Shown one piece after another: positions 11,859-23,536 of a DNA stretch of 64,000 nucleotides. The stretch is taken from positions 1,541 through 65,540 of the forward strand of contig CAZCIX010000004.1 in assembly GCA_964498835.1 (NCBI GenBank), given 5' to 3'. Below the pieces are notes generated by a model that was not told where the DNA came from, made no database searches, and saw nothing but the letters and a program-made list of their open reading frames with translations. The stretch comes from an uncultured Burkholderiaceae bacterium (GTDB lineage Bacteria > Pseudomonadota > Gammaproteobacteria > Burkholderiales > Burkholderiaceae_D). The first letter of the stretch is position 1. Each line of letters opens with the position of its first letter. A program made the position numbers and the translations under genes.

Positions 11859-13229
11859 TTAATGATGAGTATGGTTATGATTATGACTGTGGTCATGCTC
11901 ATCAGCACCCACAATTTGATCAACAACATAATCAACCAAGGAATCAAATGGAACGCTAGTTTGATTGTTTTGATTATCATCAACGCGATCAGCACGCATT
12001 GCTTTCACAACCACCGTATTTTGAGCAATCTCATCCTCACCAATGATGAGCGCAAAAGCCGCGCCGCTAGCATCAGCCCGCTTCATTTGCGATTTAAAAC
12101 TGCCGCTACCACTTGAGGTGGCGCAATGTAACACAACATCCAAACCAGCATCACGCAATCTTTCTGCCAACACAGATGACTGCAATTGCGCATCTTCTCC
12201 TTGATGCACCAAATACACATCACATTGATTAGGTTGATAGGGCTCGCCAGACGCTTTCATCAATTCAATCAAACGTTCCACACCCATCGCAAAACCACAC
12301 GCAGGCGTTGGCTTGCCGCCAAATATTTCTATCAAAGGATCGTAGCGACCACCGCCGCACACCGTACCTTGCGATCCCAACTGGTCACTCACCCATTCAA
12401 AGACCGTGCGATTGTAGTAATCCATGCCACGTACCAAACGTGGATTGATAGTGAAAGGAATATTGTTATGGCGCAAAATTTTCTGTACGCCATCAAAATG
12501 CGCCTGCGACTCTTTGCCCAAATACGACAACAGTTGAGGTGCAGCATTCACCAAATCCTGCATAGCAGGATTTTTAGTATCCAAAATCCGCAATGGATTG
12601 GTATACAAACGTCGTTGCGCATCGGCATCCAACACCTCTTTATGCGCCTCAAAATACGCAATCAAATCAGCTCGATGTTGCTGACGCTCTTCTGCATTGC
12701 CAATCGAATTCAACTCCAATCGAATCTTGTCCAAACCAAGGTCATCCCACAAACGCTGGCATAACATGATTAATTCAGCATCAATATCTGGCCCACTGAA
12801 ACCGACGGCTTCCGCACCTATCTGATGAAATTGGCGATAACGACCACGTTGTGGCTTTTCATGACGAAACATGGGGCCAGCATACCAAAGACGTTTGGGG
12901 GCATCGTACGTTAAGTTATGCTCCAACACCGCACGTACCGCACCGGCAGTTCCTTCCGGACGTAGGGTCAAATGATCACCATTCATGGCATCAACAAAAG
13001 AATACATTTCCTTTTCAACAATATCACTCACCGTTCCCAAACCACGAGAAAATAACGCGGTTGCTTCAACGATAGGTGTGCGGATTTGCTGAAATCCATA
13101 GCTTTTCAAGACGGATTGAACGGTATTTTCAAACAATTCCCATAATGCTGCGTCAGCAGGCAAAAGGTCATTCATTCCTTTGACACCAACTATTTTTTCG
13201 TTCTTCTCGTTCTTTTTATTTTCTGACAT
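11859..13229 (-). CDS. hisS: Histidine--tRNA ligase, carrying an unusual His-rich C-terminal tail
   Basis: Class II aaRS motifs are present ([30 protein letters not shown]). The track ORF opens with TTG at 13241; the first ATG (Met5) is at 13229. Confidence 0.95.
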   Translation of the reverse strand: MSENKKNEKNEKIVGVKGMNDLLPADAALWELFENTVQSVLKSYGFQQIRTPIVEATALFSRGLGTVSDIVEKEMYSFVDAMNGDHLTLRPEGTAGAVRAVLEHNLTYDAPKRLWYAGPMFRHEKPQRGRYRQFHQIGAEAVGFSGPDIDAELIMLCQRLWDDLGLDKIRLELNSIGNAEERQQHRADLIAYFEAHKEVLDADAQRRLYTNPLRILDTKNPAMQDLVNAAPQLLSYLGKESQAHFDGVQKILRHNNIPFTINPRLVRGMDYYNRTVFEWVSDQLGSQGTVCGGGRYDPLIEIFGGKPTPACGFAMGVERLIELMKASGEPYQPNQCDVYLVHQGEDAQLQSSVLAERLRDAGLDVVLHCATSSGSGSFKSQMKRADASGAAFALIIGEDEIAQNTVVVKAMRADRVDDNQNNQTSVPFDSLVDYVVDQIVGADEHDHSHNHNHTHH

Positions 13230-13288
13230 GCTGTAATCCAATATCCAATTCGCTTATTAATGCTTATTAATACTTGTTTAGCTGATAT

Positions 13289-14557
13289 TTATTTGGCGTA
13301 ACGTGTCTGTACATAATCCAACACGATAGCCTGAAACTCTTCTGCGATGCGCTCTCCGCGCAAGGTGACCTTCTTTTCCCCATCAACAAATACTGGCGCC
13401 GCAGGTGATTCTCCTGTACCGGGCAAACTAATACCGATATTGGCATGTTTGGATTCACCAGGACCATTGACGATACACCCCATGACCGCGACATTCATGC
13501 CCTCCACACCGGGATATTGCTTTTTCCACACCGGCATTTGATCACGCAAATACGTTTGTATTTTGTCAGCCAATTCCTGAAAAACGGTAGAAGTCGTGCG
13601 ACCACAGCCTGGACAAGCAATCACCATAGGGGCAAATTTTCTCAAACCCATGGTCTGTAAAATTTCTTGTGCAACAACGACCTCTTTCGTCCGATCGCCA
13701 CCCGGTTCTGGTGTTAATGAAACACGGATAGTGTCACCAATGCCCTCTTGCAACAAAACAGATAAAGCAGCCGTTGATGCCACAATCCCCTTGCTACCCA
13801 TGCCTGCTTCTGTCAATCCAAGATGCAAGGGATAATCACAGCGATGGGCCAGCTCACGATAAACAGCAATCAAATCCTGCACGCCAGAAACCTTGCACGA
13901 CAAAATAATCTTATCGGCCGCCAAGCCCAATTCCTCTGCCCGCACAGCATTTTCAATCGCAGAAGTCACCAGCGCTTCATACATCACCGCTTGCGCAGTC
14001 CATGGTTCAGAACGTTGCGCATTTTGATCCATCAAACGCGCCAATAAACTCTGATCCAAACTGCCCCAATTCACACCTATACGCACTGGTTTATCGTAAG
14101 TACAAGCTGCCTCTATCATCTGAGCAAACTGCGTATCACGCTTTGCGCCTTGTCCCACGTTTCCTGGGTTAATACGATATTTCGATAAGACTTTGGCGCA
14201 CTCAGGATAATCTTTTAACAATGTGTGCCCGTTATAGTGAAAATCACCCACCAAAGGCACATCGACGTCCATTTTCTGGAGTTGCTCATAAATCGCTGGG
14301 ACAGCGCTTGCCGCTTCCGGGCTATTGACAGTAATACGCACCATTTCAGAGCCAGCGCGTGCTAATTCTTTAATTTGAATCGCCGTTGCGATCACATCTG
14401 CCGTATCGGTATTAGTCATGGATTGCACCAACACAGGCGCGCCACCACCAATCACAACCACACGTGCACCATTACGCACTGAAACAGAACGGGCCTGACG
14501 CCGCGCTAGAGGACCAGAACAAATAGGGGACAAACTGGAAGAAGTGAATGACGACAT
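13289..14557 (-). CDS. ispG: 4-hydroxy-3-methylbut-2-en-1-yl diphosphate synthase
   Basis: Typical IspG/GcpE sequence with C-terminal Fe-S cysteines (ACPGCGRT...GCIVNGPGE). The track ORF starts at TTG 14575; the first ATG (Met7) is at 14557. Confidence 0.95.
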   Translation of the reverse strand: MSSFTSSSLSPICSGPLARRQARSVSVRNGARVVVIGGGAPVLVQSMTNTDTADVIATAIQIKELARAGSEMVRITVNSPEAASAVPAIYEQLQKMDVDVPLVGDFHYNGHTLLKDYPECAKVLSKYRINPGNVGQGAKRDTQFAQMIEAACTYDKPVRIGVNWGSLDQSLLARLMDQNAQRSEPWTAQAVMYEALVTSAIENAVRAEELGLAADKIILSCKVSGVQDLIAVYRELAHRCDYPLHLGLTEAGMGSKGIVASTAALSVLLQEGIGDTIRVSLTPEPGGDRTKEVVVAQEILQTMGLRKFAPMVIACPGCGRTTSTVFQELADKIQTYLRDQMPVWKKQYPGVEGMNVAVMGCIVNGPGESKHANIGISLPGTGESPAAPVFVDGEKKVTLRGERIAEEFQAIVLDYVQTRYAK

Positions 14558-14596
14558 AAATGATGACTTAAACAATTACTTAAGGAGTACTTCAAA

Positions 14597-15604
14597 TTAC
14601 TTCAAATTTATCCGCGCTATTTTGCTGTTACTAGCACGCTTCATTTCCAATTGCACACCACGGAAACTCGCATCAACACCTGTTGGATTACCGACCACCA
14701 TAAACATGGGCTCCTCAACATTGAAAGTTTCACTAGTCCCCGCTTTAAACAAACGAGAAACTACAGTGCCACTTCTATTCATTTTTCTAATTTCTATCCA
14801 TGAATCTTCGCGTATCTTCAAAACTAAAGAATTTTTCGAAGAGTTATCCACTGCATTATTCGCTAAGTTATTCACTAAATTTTTGACAATATTTTCTGGA
14901 GGATTTTCCCCAAGACCTTCCGCAAAACTTTTTGACGCAGCTTCCGAATCAACAACATTTTTCTTTAAAGAAACCAATGCATCAGCAGGAGCCAATTGTA
15001 GTGATTCACTTGCACTCGCGGCATCGACAGACGATGAAGGTGAGGACGATGCAAAAGCAGAGGAAGCAAACGATGTCCACTCTTTACCAAAGTCAGCTAC
15101 TTTGGCGAAGGCAATTCCAAAAGTTTGCGCTATGCCACCTACTCCATGCTGCACAAAAAAGACTATCACCAATAAAAAAACAACCGAACTTATCACCCAA
15201 CGCAAGGAGGTATTGCGGCGATTAATAAACAAAGAGGGCAAACGACGCAAATCAAGCAATGGCGTCGATAATGTACGAGGAGACGCCATCGGCGTCACTG
15301 GCTCAACAGGCTCAGGTGCCACCATTGCAATCAAAGGTGCGGGATCCACCTTAAGAATTTTTGCATACGCGCGGATAAAGCCACGCACAGTTGCCAAAGC
15401 TGGCCACAAAGCATAATCATCTGCTTCAAGCGCCAAAATTTGTCGAGGTGTTAGTTTTAATAAATTCGCAATCTCTTCTATCGATCGTCCTTGTGCATGC
15501 CGATAAGTGGCCAACTGATTACCAGGCATTTGTCGGCTTTTTTGCGGCTGCGATTTCGAGATACTTGCGGGTGTATCGACATCGTTTGTTTCATTTTCAT
15601 TCAT
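14597..15604 (-). CDS. rodZ: RodZ-like cytoskeleton protein (HTH, TM helix, DUF4115)
   Basis: It has an N-terminal XRE-type HTH, one TM helix, a Ser/Ala-rich linker and a C-terminal DUF4115-like beta domain. Met10 (15604) has a GGAG 7 nt upstream and overlaps the pilW stop (ATGAATGA); Met1 is at 15631. Confidence 0.75.
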   Translation of the reverse strand: MNENETNDVDTPASISKSQPQKSRQMPGNQLATYRHAQGRSIEEIANLLKLTPRQILALEADDYALWPALATVRGFIRAYAKILKVDPAPLIAMVAPEPVEPVTPMASPRTLSTPLLDLRRLPSLFINRRNTSLRWVISSVVFLLVIVFFVQHGVGGIAQTFGIAFAKVADFGKEWTSFASSAFASSSPSSSVDAASASESLQLAPADALVSLKKNVVDSEAASKSFAEGLGENPPENIVKNLVNNLANNAVDNSSKNSLVLKIREDSWIEIRKMNRSGTVVSRLFKAGTSETFNVEEPMFMVVGNPTGVDASFRGVQLEMKRASNSKIARINLK

Positions 15605-16424
15605 CAAATGCTCCGCGTTGGAAAGCCGCATATTCAGAAGAATTTGGATAACGCCGGAATAATTGCGTGACTAAACTTGCTTCAGTAGCTTTATCACCTA
15701 ATTTGCGTTCAATTTTGATGGCGAGCCACAATACATCAGCGGTCAAAACATCCATTTTTATCACACGATCAACATAAAAACGTGCGCGCGTGTAATCGTG
15801 TGTGTCGTAATATATTTTTGCCAAATTGATATTGGTAACCGGATTAGCAGAATCGTATTGAAATGCCTGTAAAAAATACCGTTCCGCAGCAGAACGATTT
15901 CTTAACTTCAAACTACAAATACCCGCATTATTTAGGGCTTTATTTGGCGATGAATAAGTAGGATTTTTGATTGCTGCTTCAAACTGTGCAATAGATGATG
16001 TTTCTGCCCCGGTTTGGCATAAAAACCAACCGTAATTATTCATCAACTCTGGATTACTAGGTGCCAGCTTTAAGGCAAGTAAGAAATTATCCCTTGCCAG
16101 CTGCATTTCACCCATGTTCATATAAATCAAAGCTTTGACGCCATATGCATCGGCAAAATCAGACCTGGCCTGCAATGATTGCTTAATTTCATCCAAGGCA
16201 AATGACAGCTGACCTTGTTCATAATAACTAATCGCCAATTGCAAGCGAATGCTGGCACGCTTATGCGCATCAGCTTGATCAGAATTGGTAGGCAATTCAT
16301 TGCGCTGCTCGGCAGTCTTCAATTGCGCGGATTGACATCCTAACAACATAAACATTGCCGCCGTAAAAATAAAAGCAATGCGTCCTCTTATTCGGGATTT
16401 TTTTATTTTTTTGATTTTTATCAC
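15597..16424 (-). CDS. pilW: Type IV pilus biogenesis/stability TPR lipoprotein PilW (PilF-like)
   Basis: 275 aa with lipobox MLLGC followed by TPR repeats. It has a GTG start overlapping the rlmN stop (GTGA). Confidence 0.75.
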   Translation of the reverse strand: MIKIKKIKKSRIRGRIAFIFTAAMFMLLGCQSAQLKTAEQRNELPTNSDQADAHKRASIRLQLAISYYEQGQLSFALDEIKQSLQARSDFADAYGVKALIYMNMGEMQLARDNFLLALKLAPSNPELMNNYGWFLCQTGAETSSIAQFEAAIKNPTYSSPNKALNNAGICSLKLRNRSAAERYFLQAFQYDSANPVTNINLAKIYYDTHDYTRARFYVDRVIKMDVLTADVLWLAIKIERKLGDKATEASLVTQLFRRYPNSSEYAAFQRGAFDE

Positions 16425-17599
16425 TCAGCAATCTCCACGATGCGACCGAAATTGCTACCGAATTTCTTTTGATATTCGGCCATCTTTTCCATCCGAGCTT
16501 GTACTTGCGTGCGATCCTGCACTTCACCAGCCAATTGACCACAAGCAGCATCAATATCATCCCCACGCGTCTTACGCACTGTGGTGACAATACCGGCATT
16601 ACTCAAAATACGGGCGAAGGCTTTGATGCGTTCATCGTGCGAGCGTTTTAAACCAGACTCTGGAAAGGGATTAAATGGAATGAGATTAAACTTGCACGAC
16701 ACCGACTGCGCTGGATCATGTGGGTTTTTCACCAATGCGATCAATTCACGGGCATGTGCATCCGTATCATTCACACCATCCAACATGCAATATTCAAACG
16801 TCACAAAATCTCGCGGCGCATAGTCCAAATAACGCCTGCAGGCCGCAATCAGCTCATGCAGAGGATATTTTTTATTTAGTGGTACCAAACCATTACGCAA
16901 TTCATCGTTAGAAGCATGCAAAGAAACCGCCAACGCCACTGGACACTCTTGCGACAATTTATCCATCATAGGCACAACGCCGCTGGTGGAAAGGGTCACG
17001 CGGCGACGCGATAGACCATAAGCATTATCATCCAACATCAATTTTAAAGCCGTGACGGTAGGCTCAAAATTCAACAAAGGTTCGCCCATACCCATCATCA
17101 CAACGTTGGTGATTTGGCGTTCACCTTTGGGACCGGGTTCGATTCCTTTGCTTTTACGCAATTCAAATTCAGCCATCCATAACTGGCCGATGATTTCAGC
17201 AACGGAGAGATTACGATTAAATCCCTGCTTGCCAGTCGAACAAAATCGACAATTGACAGCACAACCAGCTTGGGTAGAAATACAGAGCGTGCCACGATTT
17301 TCTTCCGGTATAAAAACCGTTTCAACCGCATTACCCTGCCCAACATCCAACAACCATTTTCTGGTGCCGTCTCGTGCTGTGTGATCTTTTAATACTTTTG
17401 GAGAAACAATCATTGCTCGCGTTGCGAGCTTGTCGCGCAGTGACTTTGCTAAATCGGTCATAGCATCGAAATCACTGGCGCCAAATTGATGTATCCAGCG
17501 CTGCAATTGTTTTGCACGAAATGGCTTCTCACCCAACTCATTACAATAAGCGATGAATTGGGCGGAATCAAAATCAAGCAAATTGGTCAGCGCTGTCAT
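16421..17599 (-). CDS. rlmN: 23S rRNA/tRNA (adenine-C2)-methyltransferase RlmN
   Basis: 392 aa with the radical-SAM motif CAVNCRFC and a conserved C-terminal Cys (DIDAACGQL). Confidence 0.95.
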   Translation of the reverse strand: MTALTNLLDFDSAQFIAYCNELGEKPFRAKQLQRWIHQFGASDFDAMTDLAKSLRDKLATRAMIVSPKVLKDHTARDGTRKWLLDVGQGNAVETVFIPEENRGTLCISTQAGCAVNCRFCSTGKQGFNRNLSVAEIIGQLWMAEFELRKSKGIEPGPKGERQITNVVMMGMGEPLLNFEPTVTALKLMLDDNAYGLSRRRVTLSTSGVVPMMDKLSQECPVALAVSLHASNDELRNGLVPLNKKYPLHELIAACRRYLDYAPRDFVTFEYCMLDGVNDTDAHARELIALVKNPHDPAQSVSCKFNLIPFNPFPESGLKRSHDERIKAFARILSNAGIVTTVRKTRGDDIDAACGQLAGEVQDRTQVQARMEKMAEYQKKFGSNFGRIVEIAE

Positions 17600-17660
17600 T
17601 GATACACTTCATTGATTTATTGGCTAAAAGCAACTAAAACTAGTTAGTTAATTAAGCAAA

Positions 17661-18086
17661 TTAACGTGAATACACGTTCAAAGATGGGAAGAAATAAGCA
17701 ACTTCAACCGCTGCCGTTTCTGCAGCATCAGAACCATGCACCGCATTAGCATCGATAGAATCAGCAAAATCAGCGCGGATTGTGCCTTTGTCGGCTTTCT
17801 TAGGATCGGTTGCACCCATCAAATCACGATGTTTAGCAATCGCATTTTCACCTTCCAACACTTGCACAATGACTGGACCAGAAATCATGAATGCAACCAA
17901 ATCATTGAAGAAAGGACGCTCACGATGCACAGCATAAAAACCTTCGGCTTCAGCACGTGACAAATGCATCATGCGAGCAGCAATGATCTTCAAACCAGCG
18001 CCTTCAAAACGGGAATAAATTTGACCGATTACATTTTTTGCCACTGCATCAGGTTTAATAATCGACAGGGTACGCTCAATTGCCAT
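17661..18086 (-). CDS. ndk: Nucleoside-diphosphate kinase
   Basis: 141 aa with the canonical [15 protein letters not shown] and NAVHGSD motifs. Confidence 0.97.
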   Translation of the reverse strand: MAIERTLSIIKPDAVAKNVIGQIYSRFEGAGLKIIAARMMHLSRAEAEGFYAVHRERPFFNDLVAFMISGPVIVQVLEGENAIAKHRDLMGATDPKKADKGTIRADFADSIDANAVHGSDAAETAAVEVAYFFPSLNVYSR

Positions 18087-18358
18087 CTGTAAAACTCCAA
18101 TAAAAAATTAACAAAAAGATTAATATAATCAACCTTGGATTTTAACATGAAACACCAAGTGCAATTACGCATCAAAATGCACCAAAAAGATGGTAACAAT
18201 TCAATGAGACGAGGTCATAAAAAGACGACTATTCTGGATGAGCATGATACGGACATCGCCTAACTTTTCAGTCATACTACGGTGACAACAAAATTAATAA
18301 CAAAAAAGTGCGATTGTTTTGAAATTTTGGTTTTTTTGATAACGCCACAGGAGGCAAT

Positions 18359-19063
18359 ATGAGTCAAAACTTGCAGCAAAACTATGGTTACACAGCGGTA
18401 GAATCAGCAAATTTTGTAACAGTACGTCATCGTGTATTACGTAATACTTATTACCTGCTCGCTCTTTCCATGATTCCCACCATTTTAGGCGCATGGCTGG
18501 GCGTGCAAATGCAATTTAGCTTCTTCGCTGGCTCGCCAATGATGGGCTTCATTGCTTTTATGGCGATTACATTTGGCTTTTTTTATGCGATTGAGAGAAC
18601 CAAAAACTCCGGCATCGGTGTCGTCGTACTACTGGGTTTTACGTTTTTTATGGGCTTGATGCTGTCACGCTTAATCGGTCACACCTTGGGTTTTTCTAAC
18701 GGCGCTTCGCTCATTACCATGGCGTTTGGCGGCACGGCAACTGTTTTTGCTGTGATGGCAACCATTGCAACTGTTTCAAAACGTGATTTTTCCGGTTTGG
18801 GAAAATGGCTGTTTGCCGGCATGTTGGTGGTGTTGGTAGCAAGCGTAGCAAATATTTTCTTGCAAATGCCTGCGCTCTACCTTGCAATGTCAGTTATTGC
18901 TATTGCGATTTTTTCTGCTTACATCTTGTTTGACGTACAGCAAATAATAAATGGTGGCGAAACAAATTACATTTCCGCCACGCTGCGTATTTATTTGGAT
19001 GTCTATACGATTTTCAGCAACTTGCTGAGTTTGCTGGGAATCTTTGGCGGCAACCGAAATTAA
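18359..19063 (+). CDS. BAX inhibitor-1 / YccA family membrane protein
   Basis: 234 aa with about 7 TM helices and the typical C-terminal LDVYTIFSNLL region. An AGGAGG RBS lies just upstream. Confidence 0.85.
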   Translation: MSQNLQQNYGYTAVESANFVTVRHRVLRNTYYLLALSMIPTILGAWLGVQMQFSFFAGSPMMGFIAFMAITFGFFYAIERTKNSGIGVVVLLGFTFFMGLMLSRLIGHTLGFSNGASLITMAFGGTATVFAVMATIATVSKRDFSGLGKWLFAGMLVVLVASVANIFLQMPALYLAMSVIAIAIFSAYILFDVQQIINGGETNYISATLRIYLDVYTIFSNLLSLLGIFGGNRN

Positions 19064-19112
19064 ATAAACAAAAAGTAGCATTACGTTATTACTGCGCTGC
19101 TGCAACCTGCAA

Positions 19113-19149
19113 ATCTGGCCATGATCCTCAAATCATGGCCAGATTTTTA
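19113..19149 (+). terminator. Rho-independent terminator after the BI-1 family gene
   Basis: Perfect 13-bp stem atctggccatgat / atcatggccagat with a 6-nt loop, followed by TTTTT. Confidence 0.8.
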
Positions 19150-20517
19150 TTATTTAGAGTAATCAAACACCGCAATCGACTCCACATGCGCTGTATGCGG
19201 AAACATATTCACAATCCCAGCCTTTTTCAGTACATATCCGGCTTCATGCACCAACACACCCGCATCACGCGCTAGCGTGGATGGACTGCAGGACACGTAC
19301 ACGAGACGTTTGGGTTTTAACGTTTGATTTAACCCGACCAAAGCCTGACACACGGCTGCAGCACCGTCGCGTGGTGGATCGATCAGCATGCGATCAAATT
19401 TACCCAATGCAATCAAATCTTCTGTGGTCACATCAAATAAATTCCGGCTACTGAATGATGTTTTTGCAGCCAAACCATTCACCACAGCATTGCCCAAAGC
19501 ACGTTCGACTAAGGCATCGCTGCCTTCAATGCCAACGACGGCAGCAGCTTGAGTCGCAATCGGCAAAGTGAAATTACCCAAACCACAAAACAAATCCGCT
19601 ACACGCTCATCCGCTTGTGCTTCCAGCAAACGCAATGCACGTGCGACTAAGACACGATTGATATGGTAATTGACCTGAGTAAAATCGGTCGGCTTGAAAG
19701 GCATTTTGATGCCAAATTCTGGCAACAAATAATGCAATGGTTGATCCATTTCATCCGCCTGATCGTATGGATAAAAAGGCACCGCCGTATCCGGCCCACC
19801 AGTCTGCAACCACCACTGCACCTTGTACTCGTCGGCGAAAGACTTCAGTTTGACTTCGTCATCGGCAGTGAGTGACTCCATAATGCGTAGCACCATGACT
19901 GTTTTATTCTGTCCTACGGCTAATTCAATTTGCGGTAATTTTTCAACAATCGAGAGCGATCCCACCAAACCACGCAATGGCAACAACATGGCAGAAACAT
20001 GCTCTGGCAAGATGACGCAACTTTGCATATCCGCCACAAAAGCGGATTTCTTTTCATGAAAGCCAACCAGCACCGTGCCTTTTTTACGCACATAACGCAC
20101 CGACAATCTGGCGCGATAACGATACGCCCAGGTTGGCCCAGCAATCGGGCGCATCATGGTTTCAGCCCGTACTTTGCCGATATGCCACAGATTGTCTTCC
20201 AAGACACGCTGTTTGATGGCAACTTGCCCAGCAGGATCCAGATGTTGCATCGCGCAACCACCGCATACATTGAAATGTTGGCACTTAGGTTTGGTGCGCA
20301 ACACAGATTCGCGATGCAGCGCCGTCATGTTGGCAGCTTCCCAATTATTTTTCTTGCGGAATGAGCTAAAACTCACTCTCTCACCTGGTAACGCCCCTTC
20401 TACAAATACCACTTTTCCTGGTGTACCATCTTCATTCGCCAAATGACCGATGCCACGCGCATCAGCATCTAGCGATTTAATTTCGATTTGATTGTCCTGC
20501 ATCACTCTCGTTGTCAT
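19150..20517 (-). CDS. rlmD: 23S rRNA (uracil1939-C5)-methyltransferase RlmD (RumA)
   Basis: 455 aa with a TRAM-like N-terminus, an Fe-S Cys cluster (CQHFNVCGGC), the SAM motif DLFCGLGNF and the catalytic VSCSP. Confidence 0.9.
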   Translation of the reverse strand: MTTRVMQDNQIEIKSLDADARGIGHLANEDGTPGKVVFVEGALPGERVSFSSFRKKNNWEAANMTALHRESVLRTKPKCQHFNVCGGCAMQHLDPAGQVAIKQRVLEDNLWHIGKVRAETMMRPIAGPTWAYRYRARLSVRYVRKKGTVLVGFHEKKSAFVADMQSCVILPEHVSAMLLPLRGLVGSLSIVEKLPQIELAVGQNKTVMVLRIMESLTADDEVKLKSFADEYKVQWWLQTGGPDTAVPFYPYDQADEMDQPLHYLLPEFGIKMPFKPTDFTQVNYHINRVLVARALRLLEAQADERVADLFCGLGNFTLPIATQAAAVVGIEGSDALVERALGNAVVNGLAAKTSFSSRNLFDVTTEDLIALGKFDRMLIDPPRDGAAAVCQALVGLNQTLKPKRLVYVSCSPSTLARDAGVLVHEAGYVLKKAGIVNMFPHTAHVESIAVFDYSK

Positions 20518-20544
20518 CCTTACTTTGCTGCATGTAATGTAACT

Positions 20545-21576
20545 TCACAACACAGCCTCTTTTTTTACACCGTTGGCCGTCAAAACACGTCTGAGTTTAG
20601 CCAACGCTTCTTGTTGAATTTGTCGTACACGCTCACGTGTTATCCCCATTTCATCCGCCAACACCTCCAAAGTGACCATCTCACCTTCTTCTAATCCAAA
20701 ACGACGCCTGATGACCAAACGCTGTTTGTCAGTCAAAGTCAAAAGCCAGTCATTGACTAAGCCAGTCATTTCATGCGATTGCGCCTGTGAATCAGGACCA
20801 TGCTCAGTATTGTCAGGCAACATATCCATCAAACTGGATTGCGGATCATTGTCCAGCGGTGCATCTAAAGAACTAGCATGTTCGGACAAAGCGAGAATAT
20901 CTTGTACTTCCTCAGCTGGCCGATCAATCAAATGGGCAATGTCTTCCAGCGTGGCATCTTTACCATCCTGACGTTGCTTTTCAAGATAATATTTGGCACG
21001 TAACACTTGGTTTAATTCACGTACCATGTGTATTGGCAAACGCACTGTGCGTGCTTGATTCATGATCGCACGCTCAATACTTTGACGTATCCACCAAGTG
21101 GCATAAGTAGAAAAGCGGAAGCCACGCTCAGGCTCGAATTTCTCAATTGCATGGATTAAACCAAGATTACCTTCTTCTATCATGTCCAATAAAACAAGGC
21201 CGCGATTGATGTAATGCTTTGCAATTGAGACAACCAAACGCAAATTGTGTTCGATCATTTTTTGGCGGGCATCAAAATCACCCTGCTTCGCTAAAGTTGC
21301 AAAATGAATTTCTTCCGGAACAGTCAACAATGCACGCGTGCCAATTTGACTCAGGTAATACTGCGTCGCATCGGTGGTTAGCTCTGCGGCCAACACCGCT
21401 TTTAACTCATCAATGCCCCCCAGTGCAGTGGTACTGTTATCAAGACTATCAACAACATTCCCAGATTTATCCAGTGTATCCAATGTTTCATTTGCTTCAT
21501 TTGTTTCATTTGCCTCATCTGGAAAATCGTCTGACGCTATTTCATCATTCAAATACTTGCTGGATTTTTGGTTCAT
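20545..21576 (-). CDS. rpoS: RNA polymerase sigma factor RpoS
   Basis: 343-aa sigma-70 family protein with regions 1.2-4. It sits in the canonical surE-pcm-nlpD-rpoS context. Confidence 0.9.
   Translation of the reverse strand: MNQKSSKYLNDEIASDDFPDEANETNEANETLDTLDKSGNVVDSLDNSTTALGGIDELKAVLAAELTTDATQYYLSQIGTRALLTVPEEIHFATLAKQGDFDARQKMIEHNLRLVVSIAKHYINRGLVLLDMIEEGNLGLIHAIEKFEPERGFRFSTYATWWIRQSIERAIMNQARTVRLPIHMVRELNQVLRAKYYLEKQRQDGKDATLEDIAHLIDRPAEEVQDILALSEHASSLDAPLDNDPQSSLMDMLPDNTEHGPDSQAQSHEMTGLVNDWLLTLTDKQRLVIRRRFGLEEGEMVTLEVLADEMGITRERVRQIQQEALAKLRRVLTANGVKKEAVL
21487..21513 (-). repeat. In-frame 9-bp tandem repeat (3 units) inside the rpoS N-terminal region
   Basis: The coding strand reads gcaaatgaa acaaatgaa gcaaatgaa, encoding ANE-TNE-ANE (aa 22-30). 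Confidence 0.8.
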
Positions 21577-21656
21577 GATTAGCTCGATTAATAATTAGAA
21601 TAATTAAATTTCTTAAATTAAATCAATTACTTAAACCACAACCCAAATCAGGTTGC

Positions 21657-22685
21657 TTAATTAGCTAAACCAGGGGCAGAACTGGGTAAAAACTTAGATG
21701 GATCGACCGGCTTTCCTTGCAGACGAATCTCAAAATGCAATTTCACTGTATCCGCATCAGAACTTCCCATTTCCGCAATCACTTGCCCTTTAGCAATAGC
21801 CTGCCCTTCTTTTACCATAATAGTTTTGTTATGGGCATAGGCTGACAGCAAATTATTTGTATGTTTCAAGATGACCAGGTTCCCATAACCACGAATCCCA
21901 CTCCCCGCATACATGACTTTACCTCCGCTGGCTGCGCGTACTTTCTGCCCAACTTTGCCGGCGATATCAATTCCTTTGCTTTTACCCTCTTCAAAAGTAG
22001 CCGTGATCTTGCCCTCCGCTGGCCAAACCCACGTCAATACATCGTCATTGACCGTGAAGCTTGCACTTCCATTCGCCGCAGGTGCTTTGGAAACAGCACC
22101 ATCTGCTTTATCGGCTTTAGGAATAAGTGACGGAGGAGCAATAGTTGAGTCAGGTTTCTGTAATTCAAGCATCGCCGCCTCAGAATACGGCTGCTTATTG
22201 CCGCGTGGCCCGACTTTTATATTGGCAGAAGCGGTGGAAGATGAAGAGGGTCTCACCTCAATTTCTGGTGTCATATTGACATTAAAAGTTTTCACCTCTT
22301 TCGACCCTATCGGTGCAGATGCCGTTGGTACAGCAGGCACTATTGGTGCTTTCGCGTCTGGTGGAGCGATACGCAATACCTGATCAACCTTAATGTCGTT
22401 GGGATTGCTTAAATTATTCCAAGCCACAATATCGCGATAATTGAGACCATAGTCCAACGCAATATGTAAAAGCGTGTCCCCCTTCTTTACGGTGTAATAA
22501 GGCCCATCTGGCTTGCTTACTGATATCGTCTTTGCTGCATCTTTCACATCGTTCGTTTTGGCTACAGGAGCGGGAATCCCGGCATGGTCAATGACTGGAG
22601 CTAAATGATGTGTTGAGCTACAAGCGGTCGTTAGTCCACATACCGCCACCAAAATTAAATTTAAATAACAATTCTTCGTTTTCAT
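21657..22685 (-). CDS. nlpD: LysM / M23 peptidase lipoprotein NlpD
   Basis: Met21 of the track ORF gives [22 protein letters not shown] (lipobox). It has a LysM domain (YTVKKGDTLLHIAL) and a C-terminal M23 domain. The ATG overlaps the pcm stop. Confidence 0.9.
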   Translation of the reverse strand: MKTKNCYLNLILVAVCGLTTACSSTHHLAPVIDHAGIPAPVAKTNDVKDAAKTISVSKPDGPYYTVKKGDTLLHIALDYGLNYRDIVAWNNLSNPNDIKVDQVLRIAPPDAKAPIVPAVPTASAPIGSKEVKTFNVNMTPEIEVRPSSSSTASANIKVGPRGNKQPYSEAAMLELQKPDSTIAPPSLIPKADKADGAVSKAPAANGSASFTVNDDVLTWVWPAEGKITATFEEGKSKGIDIAGKVGQKVRAASGGKVMYAGSGIRGYGNLVILKHTNNLLSAYAHNKTIMVKEGQAIAKGQVIAEMGSSDADTVKLHFEIRLQGKPVDPSKFLPSSAPGLAN

Positions 22686-23536
22686 TACACGATTCCTGAA
22701 CGCAAAGGAACAAAATGACAATGTTCTAAAGTGGAGTGCTGCCAATCGGATGGCCCCACTCTTTCTATCAATTGCAATACTTGCTCACGCGCACCAACTG
22801 GTGCGATCAATCTGCCACCAATAGCCATTTGTTGTAATAACTCAGATGGCACTTCTAAACCAGCGGCGGCAAGAATAATTCCATCAAAAGGCGCGCAATG
22901 CGGTAAACCCATCATGCCATCACCGTAATACAACGATAAATTGGCAAAAGACACAGTTTGAGAATTGATCCGAGCAAGTGTCTGCAAATTATTGGCCGCT
23001 AATTCATGTAAAGCATGGATGCGCTCAATCGAATGCACTTCTCGCGCAATTTGTGACAATACCGCTGCTTGATAACCACACCCCGTCCCAATTTCTAATA
23101 CACGATTCAGGACACCACCATTGCGCAGCACTGCCATCATGCGTGCCACAATATATGGTTGCGAAATCGTTTGATGATGTCCGATGGGCAAAGACGCATC
23201 AATATAAGCCTGACTAGCCAAGCCAGAATCCACAAAGGCATGACGCGGCACAGCCATCATTGCAGCAAGAACAATAGGATCCTTCACCCCCTGCTTTTCA
23301 AGCCGCTGCACCATAGCACGCCGCACTGCATCTGATACCAAAGGATTGGAACGATCAGATTCGACTAACGCAGATACATGCTTATTTGCTGCGTTCTGCG
23401 TGGCCGTTTGTGGCATGACAACCTTACCCAAGGAACGCGCAGCAAAAGAAGGCGACTTATCCTTAGCAAACTCAGAAGAATTGCTGCGAATAGCAGAGAG
23501 TGACAATGGAAACTTTTGCTTCTTCTCCGTCGTCAT
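22685..23536 (-). CDS. pcm: Protein-L-isoaspartate O-methyltransferase
   Basis: 283 aa with the SAM-binding [15 protein letters not shown] motif and an N-terminal extension of about 70 aa. The start overlaps the surE stop (ATGA). Confidence 0.9.
   Translation of the reverse strand: MTTEKKQKFPLSLSAIRSNSSEFAKDKSPSFAARSLGKVVMPQTATQNAANKHVSALVESDRSNPLVSDAVRRAMVQRLEKQGVKDPIVLAAMMAVPRHAFVDSGLASQAYIDASLPIGHHQTISQPYIVARMMAVLRNGGVLNRVLEIGTGCGYQAAVLSQIAREVHSIERIHALHELAANNLQTLARINSQTVSFANLSLYYGDGMMGLPHCAPFDGIILAAAGLEVPSELLQQMAIGGRLIAPVGAREQVLQLIERVGPSDWQHSTLEHCHFVPLRSGIV

Noticed and set aside
14544-15416. A 290-aa plus-strand ORF antisense to rodZ/ispG. Similar long antisense ORFs occur at 8938-9501 (der), 10316-10885 (bamB), 12186-12764 (hisS) and 30309-30950 (sucB).
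   Set aside because: Each lies entirely inside, and antisense to, a well-supported conserved gene. Their translations are low-complexity (Ser/Ala/Thr/Pro-rich) with no recognisable motifs. They are typical shadow ORFs.
16297-16599. A 100-aa minus-strand ORF spanning the rlmN/pilW junction.
   Set aside because: It is out of frame with both well-supported genes, which are coupled by a GTGA overlap. It is most likely a chance ORF.
17135-17145. A tRNA T-arm-like string, ggttcgattcc. More generally, I searched for tRNA, rRNA, tmRNA, CRISPR repeats, IS inverted repeats and integrase genes.
   Set aside because: The string lies inside the rlmN coding frame, with no acceptor or anticodon arms around it. 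No regularly spaced direct repeats, transposase or integrase ORFs were seen anywhere in the window.
18147-18263. An unlisted 38-codon ORF (MKHQVQLRIKMHQKDGNNSMRRGHKKTTILDEHDTDIA) in the ndk / BI-1 intergenic region.
   Set aside because: It has no convincing RBS, no recognisable family and no hydrophobic or Cys pattern suggesting a small membrane or regulatory protein. An AT-rich spacer of this length yields such ORFs by chance.
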